Below are positions 37,385 to 48,085 of a stretch of DNA of 64,000 nt, piece after piece. A program made the position numbers and the translations under genes. Numbering within the stretch: the stretch's first letter is position 1; each line of letters begins with the position of its first letter. This DNA is from Candidatus Woesearchaeota archaeon (GTDB lineage: Archaea > Nanobdellota > Nanobdellia > SCGC-AAA011-G17 > JACPIM01), in NCBI GenBank assembly GCA_964513145.1, contig CAZELK010000005.1, forward strand, positions 1 through 64,000, in the 5' to 3' direction. Under the pieces are notes generated by a model that had not been told where the DNA came from, made no database searches, and saw only the letters and a list, made by a program, of their open reading frames with translations.

Positions 37385-38560
37385 TTAGATAAATGGTCGG
37401 AATATAAAACTAAATAATTTAATGAAATAAGGCATTAAATTTATGAAAATAACAATTAATAAAAAGTAACTAATAATAGACCAGAATTTTTGCGCTTTCT
37501 TTTCTTCTTTAAATATGACTGATGACAATACTAAAAACATTCTTCCACCATCTATTGGGCCCAAAGGCAATAAATTAAATAATCCTACACCCAAATTTAC
37601 TATAAATAACCAAAATACTAGTTTTAACAACCATAAAACTGAATTTCCAAAAACTTCATTTACATTAGGTTTTATTTTTGTATTTATTGAAAAGTCTGTT
37701 ATTCCAATAAATCCTCTTGAACTATTCCCAGGATTTTTTTCTGTTATCAAATCAAATCTACCTTTATCAGTTTCTAAAATTATCTTTTCATTTGGCTTAA
37801 CTTGGTCTGTAATTGATGTAAAATCCTTTAAACTTTTAATTTCTTTTTCATTAATTGAGTTTATCTTGAATGGTGTTTGAATATCTGCTTTGGCTGCAGG
37901 ATAACCTGGAACTAATTTATTTACTTGGATACTTTCAAAATCAATTATTTTATTCTGAACTGGAAGAGAAACAAAACTAATCACTAACAGCAAAACCATT
38001 GCCAAGGCTATATTTGAAAATGCGCCAGCAGACAATATTGCCAGTTGCTCTTTATTTGAAGCTTTTTGCAGTGATTTTTCATCAGGTTCTACAAATGCGC
38101 CCAAGATTGGACCGAAAAAAAGAAAGCCAGAGTTTTTTACTTTTATTGAAAATAATCTTGCGAATACGCCATGTGAAAACTCGTGAATAACAGCAACAAT
38201 AAAAATTGAAATTATCCAATGCCAAAATGACAAAACTGGCAACCCTGGGACTTTTACTCCAGGCAGTACTGGCGCCAAGGCAGGCTGGGCATTTGGAATA
38301 AACAATAAATCAAAAGTGCCTTTTAATAAAATATAAACAATAAAAATCATTCCAGCAAAACCAATAAAAATGCTTACATAAGACAATGGGCGAAGAATTA
38401 TTTTAAATTTCTTTGCTATATTATCCATTAATTTAAGCCCTAATTTAGTTCTGCAAATAAAAAGAATTTTTCCTTTAACTTCAAATTTATCTTTGTTAAA
38501 AAAATAAAATACTAATAATAATAAAAAGAAGATTACTGCTAAAATTAAGTCTATATTCAT
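37385..38560 (-). CDS. Site-2 protease (M50) with PDZ domain
   Basis: HEFSH, GAFVEPDE, NLLPLGPIDGG. Confidence 0.92.
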   Translation of the reverse strand: MNIDLILAVIFFLLLLVFYFFNKDKFEVKGKILFICRTKLGLKLMDNIAKKFKIILRPLSYVSIFIGFAGMIFIVYILLKGTFDLLFIPNAQPALAPVLPGVKVPGLPVLSFWHWIISIFIVAVIHEFSHGVFARLFSIKVKNSGFLFFGPILGAFVEPDEKSLQKASNKEQLAILSAGAFSNIALAMVLLLVISFVSLPVQNKIIDFESIQVNKLVPGYPAAKADIQTPFKINSINEKEIKSLKDFTSITDQVKPNEKIILETDKGRFDLITEKNPGNSSRGFIGITDFSINTKIKPNVNEVFGNSVLWLLKLVFWLFIVNLGVGLFNLLPLGPIDGGRMFLVLSSVIFKEEKKAQKFWSIISYFLLIVIFINLMPYFIKLFSFIFRPFI

Positions 38561-38592
38561 CTTTTTTTATAAAATAAATGATATTAAATAGT

Positions 38593-38766
38593 TTACTTCT
38601 GGACTTTTTTACTTTTTATAACTCTAAAACTTCTTCTGCCACACTTTTTACAGCTGACTTCCTTGTTTAGAATTTTACTTACACTAGCCCTTATTTTTGT
38701 TTTGCACTTTCTGCAAACAAATACGCCATGAAATAATCTTGCTGTTGCTTCTGTAAATCTTACCAT
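38593..38766 (-). CDS. rpl40e: 50S ribosomal protein L40e
   Basis: 57-aa ORF below track cutoff: MVRFTEATARLFHGVFVCRKCK...CKKCGRRSFR. Confidence 0.85.
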   Translation of the reverse strand: MVRFTEATARLFHGVFVCRKCKTKIRASVSKILNKEVSCKKCGRRSFRVIKSKKVQK

Positions 38767-38767
38767 T

Positions 38768-39163
38768 TTATACTGCCTTAATTTGCATAATTACTTTCTG
38801 ATTTAAAATTATCCAATAAATAACCTGGATTCCTTCTGCTACCTTGTCTTTTAATTCTTCTGGTATTTTAAGATCAAATGTTTCAAAAGACTCCAAGTCC
38901 ATAACATTTGCTTCTGTGTCTTTAATTGACAAAACCTGTGCTGTTTTTTTCTCTATTAATGGGATATCGACTTTATCGCCACCAGGCATAACTTTTATGA
39001 TTTTTTGATCATCTAAAATTGAGACTGCCTCTATTCTTGCCTTGGCATGACCATGCTTACCTGACTTTCCCACCTGAATGTCTCTGATTACACAGGCCTT
39101 ACCATCAAAAACTATTGTATTTCCCTTTTTTAAAGTACTTGCAGGTACTTGCTTCATACTCAT
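38768..39163 (-). CDS. eif5a: Translation factor aIF5A
   Basis: KSGKHGHAK hypusine motif. Confidence 0.96.
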   Translation of the reverse strand: MSMKQVPASTLKKGNTIVFDGKACVIRDIQVGKSGKHGHAKARIEAVSILDDQKIIKVMPGGDKVDIPLIEKKTAQVLSIKDTEANVMDLESFETFDLKIPEELKDKVAEGIQVIYWIILNQKVIMQIKAV

Positions 39164-39254
39164 AAAAAAACAAAATTACTATTTCTTTATAAAGATTTGC
39201 TTTAAATTTTTTATTATCAAAATATTTATAAAACTATAAAAGGCATCACACTTT

Positions 39255-39935
39255 ATGATAAAAAAAGGAGATTTTGTAGAAATAGATTTTGTTGGAAAAA
39301 TTGCTGACAGCAATGAGATTTTTGACTTGACTAGGGAAGATGTTGCCAAAGAAAAAAATATTTATAATCCCAATTTATCTTACAAGCCTTTGGTTATTTG
39401 CGTTGGTGAAGGCGATATTCTAAACAGCTTAGATGAGAAATTGATTGGAAAGAAAGAAGGAAAATTTGAAATTGGAATTAAAAGCGAGGAAGGATTTGGG
39501 AGAAAAAATCCAGCTTTACTAAAATTAGTGCCTATTAAGATTTTTAAAAAAGAAAATTTAAGACCTTTTCCAGGATTAAATGTAAATATTGATGGATATG
39601 TAGGTACAGTAAGAAGTGTTTCTGGCGGAAGGGTTATAGTTGATTTTAATCACCCTTTATCTGGAAAAGATTTAGTATTCGACATTGAAGTAAAAAAAAT
39701 TATAAATGATGTTAAAGACAAAGCAGAGAGCATAGTCTCAAAAATCAATAACAAATACGAGTTAAAGATTGATAAAAAAGTTTTAAATTTAAAAATAAAA
39801 ATTGATGACAAGCACAAAGAAATTTTAAAAGAAAAAATACTAAAATTAATCCCAGAAATAAAAGAAATTAAATTTGAAGAAGAAAAGGAAACTAAAATAA
39901 ATTCTAAAGCTGATAAAAAAGTGGATTTACAATAA
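39255..39935 (+). CDS. FKBP-type peptidyl-prolyl isomerase (SlyD-like, long archaeal form)
   Basis: KKGDFVEIDFVG, VDFNHPLSGKDL. Confidence 0.92.
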   Translation: MIKKGDFVEIDFVGKIADSNEIFDLTREDVAKEKNIYNPNLSYKPLVICVGEGDILNSLDEKLIGKKEGKFEIGIKSEEGFGRKNPALLKLVPIKIFKKENLRPFPGLNVNIDGYVGTVRSVSGGRVIVDFNHPLSGKDLVFDIEVKKIINDVKDKAESIVSKINNKYELKIDKKVLNLKIKIDDKHKEILKEKILKLIPEIKEIKFEEEKETKINSKADKKVDLQ

Positions 39936-40006
39936 AATAGGTTTTCTAAAATATATTCTAAATAGCAAGGCAATATTTAAATATATGATTAGTAAATAGT
40001 GAAACA

Positions 40007-41119
40007 ATGGATAAAATGATAGAGGGTGTAAAAGAAAGGGGTTTTATTAAAAATCAAATGCCAAGAAATCAAAACCCATTAGATGCTGAGCTAGAGGCTT
40101 TATTAGCAAAACAGAAAGCAAAAATCAAGGTTGTTGGGTGTGGCGGGGGTGGAAATAATACAATTAACAGAATTTCTGAAGTCGGAATTACTGGAATTGA
40201 AACTATAGCAGTTAATACTGATGCCCAAGATTTACTTTATACAAATGCAGATACTAAAATCTTAATTGGAAAAACGACTACTCATGGATTAGGAGCTGGA
40301 AGCATTCCCCAAGTTGGAGAAGAAGCAGCAAGAGAACAAGAACATGAAATAAAAGAAAAGATACAAGGAGCTGACATGGTCTTTATAACTTGTGGATTGG
40401 GAGGAGGAACAGGAAGTGGGAGTGCGCCTGTTGTTGCTGAGGTTGCAAAGAAATTGGGAGCTCTGACAGTAGCAGTAGTCACAATGCCTTTTGAAATGGA
40501 GGGACAAAGAAGATTTGAAAATGCAACTTTCGGTCTAGAAAAATTAGAGGGCACTGTGGACACATTAATAGTTATACCAAATGATAAACTATTAGATTTA
40601 GCACCTGATTTACCATTACATACTGCTTTCAAAGTTGCTGATGAAATTTTAACAAATTCTGTAAAAGGAATTGCTGAATTAGTAACAAAAACTGGGCTTG
40701 TAAATTTAGATTTTGCTGATATAAGGACTGTTATGGGCAAGGGTGGAGTAGCTGTAATAGGCGTAGGGGAAAGCGATTCTGAAAACAGGGCTATAGAAGC
40801 TGTTGAAAAAGCAATTAATAACCCTTTATTAGATGTTAGCATTGATGGTGCTGTCGGGGCTTTGATAAATGTTGCTGGCGGTCCTGACATGACTTTAGAA
40901 GAAGCAAGAAAAGTTGTTGAAACTGTTTCTTCAAGATTAGACCCTGATGCAAGAATTATTTGGGGGGCACAGATATCTGAAGATTTAGCAAACACAATAA
41001 GAACTATGCTTATAGTTACTGGTGTTAGTTCACCACAAATATTTGGACCTAGAAAAAAGATGTCACAAAGATTAAGAAGGGAAATAGAAGACGAATTAGG
41101 CATTGAGTTTATAAGCTAA
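40007..41119 (+). CDS. ftsZ: Cell division protein FtsZ
   Basis: [23 protein letters not shown]. Confidence 0.98.
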   Translation: MDKMIEGVKERGFIKNQMPRNQNPLDAELEALLAKQKAKIKVVGCGGGGNNTINRISEVGITGIETIAVNTDAQDLLYTNADTKILIGKTTTHGLGAGSIPQVGEEAAREQEHEIKEKIQGADMVFITCGLGGGTGSGSAPVVAEVAKKLGALTVAVVTMPFEMEGQRRFENATFGLEKLEGTVDTLIVIPNDKLLDLAPDLPLHTAFKVADEILTNSVKGIAELVTKTGLVNLDFADIRTVMGKGGVAVIGVGESDSENRAIEAVEKAINNPLLDVSIDGAVGALINVAGGPDMTLEEARKVVETVSSRLDPDARIIWGAQISEDLANTIRTMLIVTGVSSPQIFGPRKKMSQRLRREIEDELGIEFIS

Positions 41120-41167
41120 AGTTTATATAGAGTTATTTTATTTTTTTCAATAGGGATTTGGCAAAAA

Positions 41168-41515
41168 TGAAAAAGCTAATTTATGGCGGGTTAATTTTAT
41201 CGAGTTTATTTTATTGCGGGAAAAAGGTTAATGATTATATTATCAGGCAGAAAGAATTACTAAAGGATATAGTGGTTGCAGAATAAATGGGGATGGATTT
41301 AATGATTTTGATGTATATTGTAATTTTCAAGAGATAATGGGGATTATACACAAAAAACTTTAATTTTTGAAATGAGGAATTTGGAGAGAATTACGTCAGG
41401 GGATGTTGACAATAATAAAACTATAGATCTAATCTTATTAAATTCTTGTGGCGAGATTATAAAATGGAAAAACCCGGGAAATATTAACGCCCACAGATTG
41501 GATAAGCCCATAAAA
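41168..41515 (+). pseudogene. Decayed FG-GAP/VCBS-repeat exported protein
   Basis: Signal-like MKKLIYGG...C, then INGDGFNDF and SGDVDNNKTIDLIL in different frames. Confidence 0.55.
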
Positions 41516-41958
41516 TGACGTCCTCCACGCCATAAATGGTGTGGTTTCCAGCAGAGGTCAAATATGTCTGACTTGCATATAGTTCCTGAATCAACGACAA
41601 TAGCCAAAACTGCTGGTCTTACATTATCTCAAACAGGCGTTACTTTTCGCTTGTCCAGCGATAGACTGCTGATGCAGTGAATGATATTAAAGAACCAGCA
41701 TATTTAAATGTTATTGTGATTCAGTGCTATTCATGAGAAATTCTCGGAAGATTTTCGGTTTCTTCGGAAGGCTTGCGAGATTTATGAAAAGTTTCCGACA
41801 TGAGATTAACTGCAGAAATGTTTAAGAAGAAAAAATGATATTAAAAAGATACCCCAATTCATCCATGTTCTGAAGAACATGGTTTTCCTGGGTACGACCG
41901 TTATAAAAACCAAAAATTTAAAGAAAAAATTTATAAAGATATTATTTTTCTAGAGACT

Positions 41959-42129
41959 ATGATAGATAAGTTTAAGAATATATTATCTGAGTATATAAGA
42001 GTTTTTAGAATAACTCATAAACCAAGTTTAGAAGAATTTAAAGGTATTATAAAAGTATCAAGCATAGGGATTGCAATTATAGGAATCCTCGGATTTATAA
42101 TACATGTTGTGTGGAATTTAATAACATAA
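41959..42129 (+). CDS. secE: Protein translocase SecE/Sec61-gamma
   Basis: 56-aa ORF: EYIRVFRITHKPSLEEF...GIAIIGILGFII; directly upstream of spt5. Confidence 0.92.
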   Translation: MIDKFKNILSEYIRVFRITHKPSLEEFKGIIKVSSIGIAIIGILGFIIHVVWNLIT

Positions 42130-42130
42130 A

Positions 42131-42580
42131 ATGCCAATATTCGCATTAAGAACAACAGCAAATAGAGAAGACCAAGTTATGGATTTTGTAGCCAGCAATG
42201 TGCAAAAAAAAGGTTTGAATATTTACTGCATTATTAGACCCCATGGATTAAGGGGTTATATTTTTCTAGAGAGTGAAAACAGAGAGGTAGCTGAAGATAG
42301 TTTTCATGGCGTACCTTATGCAAGGGGTTTATTATTAAACAATATTGAATACAAAGAGATTGAACATATGCTTGAACAAGTCAAGGTTCAAGTAAATATA
42401 CAAAGAAATGATGTTGTTGAAATTATATCAGGTCCATTTGCAAGGGAGAAAGCAAAGGTTTCCAGAGTAAACATTCAAAAAGAAGAGGTTGTAGTAGAGT
42501 TATTAGAAGCTGCTGTTCCTATACCAATTACTGTAAAACTTGATTCTGTTAAAGTAATAAGAAGAGATAAGGAAGATTAG
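42131..42580 (+). CDS. spt5: Transcription elongation factor Spt5/NusG
   Basis: GYIFLE NGN domain, IISGPFAREKAKV KOW. Confidence 0.95.
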   Translation: MPIFALRTTANREDQVMDFVASNVQKKGLNIYCIIRPHGLRGYIFLESENREVAEDSFHGVPYARGLLLNNIEYKEIEHMLEQVKVQVNIQRNDVVEIISGPFAREKAKVSRVNIQKEEVVVELLEAAVPIPITVKLDSVKVIRRDKED

Positions 42581-42581
42581 A

Positions 42582-43361
42582 ATGAATTTTTATGGCAAGG
42601 TTGCTGTAATTACTGGCGGTTCTAGTGGGATTGGCAAAAGCACTGCTTTAGAATTAGCAAGGGAGAATTGCAAAGTAATTATTATAGGGAAAACTAAGGA
42701 GAAAGTACAAAGTACATTAGATGAATTAAAATCAATTTCAGAAAATAATTCCGGGTATGTTTGTGATATTAGTGAAGAGAAAAAAATAAAATATGTTATT
42801 GATGAAATTATTAAAAAATATGATAAGATTGATTTTCTTATAAACAATGCTGGATTTTCAAATTATAAAGAATTTGCTGATCAAAGCACACAAGAAATAA
42901 TAGACATAATTAATACAAATTTACTTGGAGTAATATTTTTTTGCAAATATGTAATTCCTTACATGGAAAAGCAAGGATATGGTCACATTTTAAATGTAGC
43001 TTCTGTGGCAGGAAGGATAGGTTTTCCAAAATTAAGCGTATATTGCGCAAGTAAATTTGGCGTTGTCGGGTTTACTGAAAGCATTTATTACGAGTTAAAG
43101 AAAAAAAACATCAATGTCAGTTTAATTTGCCCTGGTGCTGTGAATACTGATTTTTACAGGGATGAAAGTTTTAAGAGCTTTCCACATAATAAAAGACATA
43201 AAAGAGTTCTAGAACCTACTGAAGTTGCCAAAGAAATTAAAAAAGCAATAATAAATAAAAAATTCGAGATTATTATACCAAGATTATTCAGACTTAAACT
43301 GCTATTTAAAGATATTTTAAAGCCTATTGCAATGAAATATATAGAAAAATTACCCAGATAA
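42582..43361 (+). CDS. Short-chain dehydrogenase/reductase
   Basis: TGGSSGIG, NNAG, YCASK. Confidence 0.93.
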   Translation: MNFYGKVAVITGGSSGIGKSTALELARENCKVIIIGKTKEKVQSTLDELKSISENNSGYVCDISEEKKIKYVIDEIIKKYDKIDFLINNAGFSNYKEFADQSTQEIIDIINTNLLGVIFFCKYVIPYMEKQGYGHILNVASVAGRIGFPKLSVYCASKFGVVGFTESIYYELKKKNINVSLICPGAVNTDFYRDESFKSFPHNKRHKRVLEPTEVAKEIKKAIINKKFEIIIPRLFRLKLLFKDILKPIAMKYIEKLPR

Positions 43362-43426
43362 AAATTTATGTACAAAGCCAAAATTTAAGAAAGCTTTAAA
43401 TATAGAATTTTTGTTAAAAAAATAAA

Positions 43427-44158
43427 ATGCCTAAGGAAAAACTTGATTTAATTGTAGATGGTGGAAAGGCTACTTCAACACCACAAATAGCCCAAAAACT
43501 AGGGCCTTTAAAGATAAATATATCTGAAGTTATAAAGAAGATTAATGATAAAACCAGCAATTTTGCAGGTGTTAAAGTACCGATTAAATTAAGCATAGAT
43601 ACTACGAGCAAGGATGTTGAAATTGATGTTGGGACTCCACCAGTTTCTGAATTGATTAAAAATGAATTAAAGATTGAAAAGGGATCTGGCATTCCTAATA
43701 AAGACATTAAAGGAAATATTGCAATTGAACAAGTTATTAAAATAGCTGACATGAAAAAAGATTCCATGTATGTTGTTGAATTAAAATCAGCTGTAAAAAA
43801 TGTTATTGGTTCATGCAATTCTTTGGGTGTTTATGTAGAAAATGAACCTGGCAAGTTTTTTGTTAAAAGAATTGAACAGGGGTTATTTGACAAAGACATA
43901 AATGAATTAAAAAAAGAACCAAGCAAAGAAAAACTAATTTTGTTAAAAAAACATTTAACTGGATTACAAGAAGCTTACAAGAGAGAGCAAGAAAGAATAA
44001 AGGCTGAAGAAGAGAAGGCAAAAGAAGCGGCAGCTGCGGCAGCTACTGCAGCAGGAACAACTGGAGCAGCAACTGGAGCAGCAGCTAAAGAAGAAAAAGC
44101 AAAAGAAGAAATAAAAGAAGAGCCAAAGAAGAAACCAGAAGCTGAGAAGAAAAAATAA
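43427..44158 (+). CDS. rpl11: 50S ribosomal protein uL11 with long C-terminal extension
   Basis: VDGGKAT..P..AQKLGPL.IN, GTPPVSELIK, IGSCNSLGV; Ala-rich and Glu/Lys tail. Confidence 0.92.
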   Translation: MPKEKLDLIVDGGKATSTPQIAQKLGPLKINISEVIKKINDKTSNFAGVKVPIKLSIDTTSKDVEIDVGTPPVSELIKNELKIEKGSGIPNKDIKGNIAIEQVIKIADMKKDSMYVVELKSAVKNVIGSCNSLGVYVENEPGKFFVKRIEQGLFDKDINELKKEPSKEKLILLKKHLTGLQEAYKREQERIKAEEEKAKEAAAAAATAAGTTGAATGAAAKEEKAKEEIKEEPKKKPEAEKKK

Positions 44159-44167
44159 TTAAATTTT

Positions 44168-45904
44168 TTATGAGTTAAATTTTCTTTTTTTTTTATAATA
44201 AAGGAAACCTAAGATTAGCATCATTAATGCTAAAATCTCTGTTAATAAAATTAAGTTTTCATTTAATTTAGTTACTGAAACTTCTAATCTTTTTGGTTTT
44301 AAAACAACTATGTCGTTACATCCATTTATTGCTTTTTCTATTAATGATCCAGCTTCATTAAATTTACCTTCACTGATAAAAGATTCTGCTTTTTCTATTA
44401 ATGTCCTCAAGTTTTGACATTCTTCGTTTTTGCCAAATAAATCTCTCGCATACTGTAATCTAGGAACTAGCATGGTTTTATTTCCAGCACCAAATTCAAT
44501 AGCATTTAAATAAATAGTTGTAGAATCTTTTATTTTAGGGAGATTTACTTCAGCAAATATAGTAATCTGGGATGTCTCATCTTTGTTTAAACTAGAAATT
44601 ATTTCTAAATCTATTTTTTCTTCCGCTCCCTGACTTAAACTTGGAATAAATGTTTTTGTTAAAACAGTTTTTATATTTTCATTATCAGAAACTGCTTTTA
44701 AATTAATGCCCTGAAGAAGGAAATTGCCTTTATTCTTTATTATTAACTGCGCTATTGTTTTATCTTTTAAGAAAATTGTCTGCGTTCCTGGCGATATTAC
44801 TTCTATTACTGCGCTTACTACATTTTTCCCCCCGCCACCTATACTAACTTGTGATGGATCATCACGACTTTCTATTGTTAAAGTTACATTATTTGATCTT
44901 CTTGTTAAATTACTGTCATTTGCTTCAAATACAACATATTCAGTTCCGAAGAAATCTATAACTTGTGAGAAACTTACAATACCGTTAGTTATACTTACGT
45001 TTATTGCTTTATTTCCTATAACTGAATAATTTAAATTATTATTTTCAAGATCTGTAAAAAAAGCTGATAAATTAATTGCGTTATCCAAACTAGTATCTTC
45101 TACCCATGACTGGTTTGAGATTAAACCTGTAAAAGATGGTGCTGAATTATTTTGGATTGAATGACCACTTGAATTATACCATATGCTCCAGTTATCTCCA
45201 TCAAATACTCTTGCAGAAAATATCCAATTATCCCCATTAGTCATATTTAAGTAGTTTATTTGAGTAAAATTTTTGAATAAAGTTATTTCTATAGAATTAT
45301 TGTACCATCTTGTTTCATTTAGCTGATTAGAATCTCCATCAGCATCTAAATAGTTAAGTTGACCTGTTAAATTGCCTGTTGATTTGTTTGCTGAGTGATC
45401 ATTTGAAATATTTATACTTGTTATCTCCGGGATTCTATTTATAAAAATAGTATTGTTTGAACTGTAATTACAATTACTTGAGTTATCGCAAGCTAAAGCA
45501 GACCATAAATAATAACCTCTTCCTTGTGAAATATTTATTGTAAATTGGGTTGCGTTATTTGCTAATCCAAAAGAAGAATTAGTTATATTTATCTGAAATT
45601 CCCCAGTCCAATTACCAAATATAGAGATATTGTTTATTAAGTTGACTTCCTCAGCAGTTATATTAAAAGTAATATTTGTATATGAAAAATTTGAATTGTT
45701 TGCTGGGGAATTAATTGTTATATTCGGATAAGCAGTATCAGCTACTTGGATTTTAAATATATTATATCCTGTTATTAAATTATTTTCATAATTGTCCAAA
45801 TAAAAGTAAGTTAAAGAAAATATAATTAGCAAAGAAATTGTAATCATGTCTATTGCTAAAGTCTGGTTTCTTAAATTATTTTTTCTTCTTAGTCTATTTT
45901 TCAT
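44168..45904 (-). CDS. Membrane-anchored surface glycoprotein with Ig/cadherin-like repeats
   Basis: N- and C-terminal TM helices, many NxS/T, EDT...INLSAFFTD cadherin-like motif. Confidence 0.75.
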   Translation of the reverse strand: MKNRLRRKNNLRNQTLAIDMITISLLIIFSLTYFYLDNYENNLITGYNIFKIQVADTAYPNITINSPANNSNFSYTNITFNITAEEVNLINNISIFGNWTGEFQINITNSSFGLANNATQFTINISQGRGYYLWSALACDNSSNCNYSSNNTIFINRIPEITSINISNDHSANKSTGNLTGQLNYLDADGDSNQLNETRWYNNSIEITLFKNFTQINYLNMTNGDNWIFSARVFDGDNWSIWYNSSGHSIQNNSAPSFTGLISNQSWVEDTSLDNAINLSAFFTDLENNNLNYSVIGNKAINVSITNGIVSFSQVIDFFGTEYVVFEANDSNLTRRSNNVTLTIESRDDPSQVSIGGGGKNVVSAVIEVISPGTQTIFLKDKTIAQLIIKNKGNFLLQGINLKAVSDNENIKTVLTKTFIPSLSQGAEEKIDLEIISSLNKDETSQITIFAEVNLPKIKDSTTIYLNAIEFGAGNKTMLVPRLQYARDLFGKNEECQNLRTLIEKAESFISEGKFNEAGSLIEKAINGCNDIVVLKPKRLEVSVTKLNENLILLTEILALMMLILGFLYYKKKRKFNS

Positions 45905-46173
45905 TTATTCCTCTTATTATAATAGTAATAATTTCCTTTGTGGGTGATTACATCTTTTAATTTGAACTCCCTAAGATAATTGTAAATTAATTTGTAAAGA
46001 ATCTGCTGCTTATTTTTGTAATGATTATTAATTTCATTTTCCTGCATAAAGTGGGAATATATTTCTCGCAAAGTGTAAGCTAAACTAGGGTCTTTTTTTA
46101 ATAATTCAAGAACTTTTCCTCTAAGTGAATTTTTATCATTTCCTTTTTCTAAGTCTATAACTTTTACAGGCAC
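45901..46173 (-). CDS. Small winged-helix protein
   Basis: KVLELLKKDPSLAYTLREI...YNYLREF...HKGNYYYY; 4-nt overlap with next gene. Confidence 0.55.
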   Translation of the reverse strand: MPVKVIDLEKGNDKNSLRGKVLELLKKDPSLAYTLREIYSHFMQENEINNHYKNKQQILYKLIYNYLREFKLKDVITHKGNYYYYNKRNK

Positions 46174-46241
46174 ATATTTAGAATTATTTTTTTATATATA
46201 AATATACTGTATTTTACATTATAATACATTACTATACATTA

Positions 46242-47144
46242 TTATACCTTACTATTTAATAATTCGAGTTTTTTGATAAAAATCGTGGCATAAGCCCCTT
46301 TTGGCAATGTAAAATAAATATAGTCCTTTTTATGGCTTAATTCTGTTACTTCAACCAGAACATCCCGATATTGCGTATCTGATACCAAGAATGGGTGTGA
46401 TCTTATTAAAAATGAATTTTTATCCAGGTGTTCTTTTTTTAATATTTTTTTATATAATCTGCCTGTTTTTCCCTTTAAATTTGTATCAAAATTTATCAAA
46501 GGCACTTTGAAGTTTTTTATTTCTTTTTTTAAGAAAACAAATTCCCCTATTGAATAAGGAATTTTAAAATTTTCATATTCTGATAGATACTCTGATAAAA
46601 CTTCATTAAATAAATACGACTGGTAAGCGTGAAAATAAAATCTTAATTTTAATTTATATGTATAATCTGATTTATTTTCAATTAGATTATCCAATTCTTT
46701 AAATTTTTTATCAATTATTAATTTTCCAAGAATATGATTATTATGATTTATCCCAAATCTCTGCTCATCAAAATAATTCTCCATGAAATTTGGCATGTTC
46801 CTTAACTTTTGATCAAATTTTATTTTGAATTTGTTTCCTATTAAATCCCCAAGATTAATCCTTTTATCTCCGCACCCAATAAATTTTAATGATATATCTT
46901 TTAAATTGAGTTCTGAAGTTATTTTTGGAATTGAAATATACTGTGTTGTGATTGCAGCCTTGTCTTTATTTCCCGCGAAACCTATTTGCTTTGGATTTAT
47001 GTGTAATTTCTTTGCTATAACTTCTATTGCCTTTATTGTATTATAATTTCTTTTTTTTAATTTGAAATACGCATAATCTCCGTCTTCTTTAATTTTAAGT
47101 TTTATGACTTCTTTAACTTGAAAATATTCCAGTTTTTCTTTCAT
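46242..47144 (-). CDS. truD: tRNA pseudouridine-13 synthase
   Basis: FAGNKDKAAITTQ, GNKFKI, NYFDEQRFG, FTLPKGAYAT. Confidence 0.92.
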   Translation of the reverse strand: MKEKLEYFQVKEVIKLKIKEDGDYAYFKLKKRNYNTIKAIEVIAKKLHINPKQIGFAGNKDKAAITTQYISIPKITSELNLKDISLKFIGCGDKRINLGDLIGNKFKIKFDQKLRNMPNFMENYFDEQRFGINHNNHILGKLIIDKKFKELDNLIENKSDYTYKLKLRFYFHAYQSYLFNEVLSEYLSEYENFKIPYSIGEFVFLKKEIKNFKVPLINFDTNLKGKTGRLYKKILKKEHLDKNSFLIRSHPFLVSDTQYRDVLVEVTELSHKKDYIYFTLPKGAYATIFIKKLELLNSKV

Positions 47145-47205
47145 TTTACAATATGCAACAAGAAATACAACAATGTATATAAAAAGCTTTTACTTTTTAC
47201 ATTTT

Positions 47206-47838
47206 ATGGGGGATATTATTACTTACGAAGCCTTATATGATATACTCAGAAAAGAGAAGTATGAAAAAGAACTGCAAAAATTAGAACCTAATTTTTTTCA
47301 GCTAGTTATAAAGTATTTAGAAGAAAAAGAAGCTATTTTAGCATCACAAAAAACTAAAGACTCTGTATTTGCAAAAGAAAGCGATAAAACCCAGAAACAA
47401 TTAGATAATGTAGGGAAAATACTTAGAGAAATTTATGAAAAAAGAGAAAATAAAATAGTTCAAAATGCTTTGATTTCTTCCAGATTTAATGAAAGCAATT
47501 TGCCAAATATGTTAAGCGAGGAAATCCAATTTTATAATCACATAAAAAATATATTAAGCAAATATAGAACAAACATATTAGAAAACTTGCTTTTGAAAAA
47601 GCTACCAAATATTTTACAAGATGAAATTAAAATAAAAGAAGAAAAACCAAGTGAACTTAAAAAAGAAAATCCTTTTAGCTTATTACGAATTTTAGAACCT
47701 GTTCCACAATTTATAGCTGATGATTTAACCTTATATGGCCCTTTTGAAAATGAGGATGTGGTTTCTTTGCCCAATCATATTGCTTCAATTCTAATTAATA
47801 AAAACAAAGCTGAAGAAATTAAGCCAGAGATTAAATAA
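47206..47838 (+). CDS. GINS complex subunit (Gins15-like)
   Basis: ITYEALYDILRKEK...LQKL, C-terminal B-domain YGPF..EDVVSLP; start at ATG 47206. Confidence 0.8.
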   Translation: MGDIITYEALYDILRKEKYEKELQKLEPNFFQLVIKYLEEKEAILASQKTKDSVFAKESDKTQKQLDNVGKILREIYEKRENKIVQNALISSRFNESNLPNMLSEEIQFYNHIKNILSKYRTNILENLLLKKLPNILQDEIKIKEEKPSELKKENPFSLLRILEPVPQFIADDLTLYGPFENEDVVSLPNHIASILINKNKAEEIKPEIK

Positions 47839-47968
47839 TAATTGAAAAAATTTCTAAGAGCCGTATTGGGATTTTTATGGGATGTAAATATTTAGAGTAC
47901 CTAAGTTTATTATATGAAAATTATGGACTGCACCCCCAAAATTGGACAAAAAAATTTGAGATGCTGTT

Positions 47969-48085
47969 TACTATAAATATAGAATAAATCTTCCTAAAGA
48001 ACTTGTTGAAGAAAATAACTTATTAAGGAATGAATTAAAAATTAAATATGAAAATGGAAAAATTATTATTGAGAAAATGTATTAG
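47969..48085 (+). pseudogene. AbrB-like antitoxin remnant
   Basis: YYKYRINLPKELVEE...KYENGKIIIEK without in-frame start. Confidence 0.55.

Noticed and set aside
38593-38766. Apparent frameshift in rpl40e, implying homopolymer sequencing errors
   Set aside because: A recount of the T5 run at 38645-38649 keeps the frame intact (CKKC).
40282-41103. 273-aa antisense ORF and many other opposite-strand ORFs in the track (e.g. 28383-28943, 37515-37880, 43414-43818, 48268-48633)
   Set aside because: They shadow well-supported genes, show antisense-typical Ser/Phe/Ile bias and contain no recognisable motifs.
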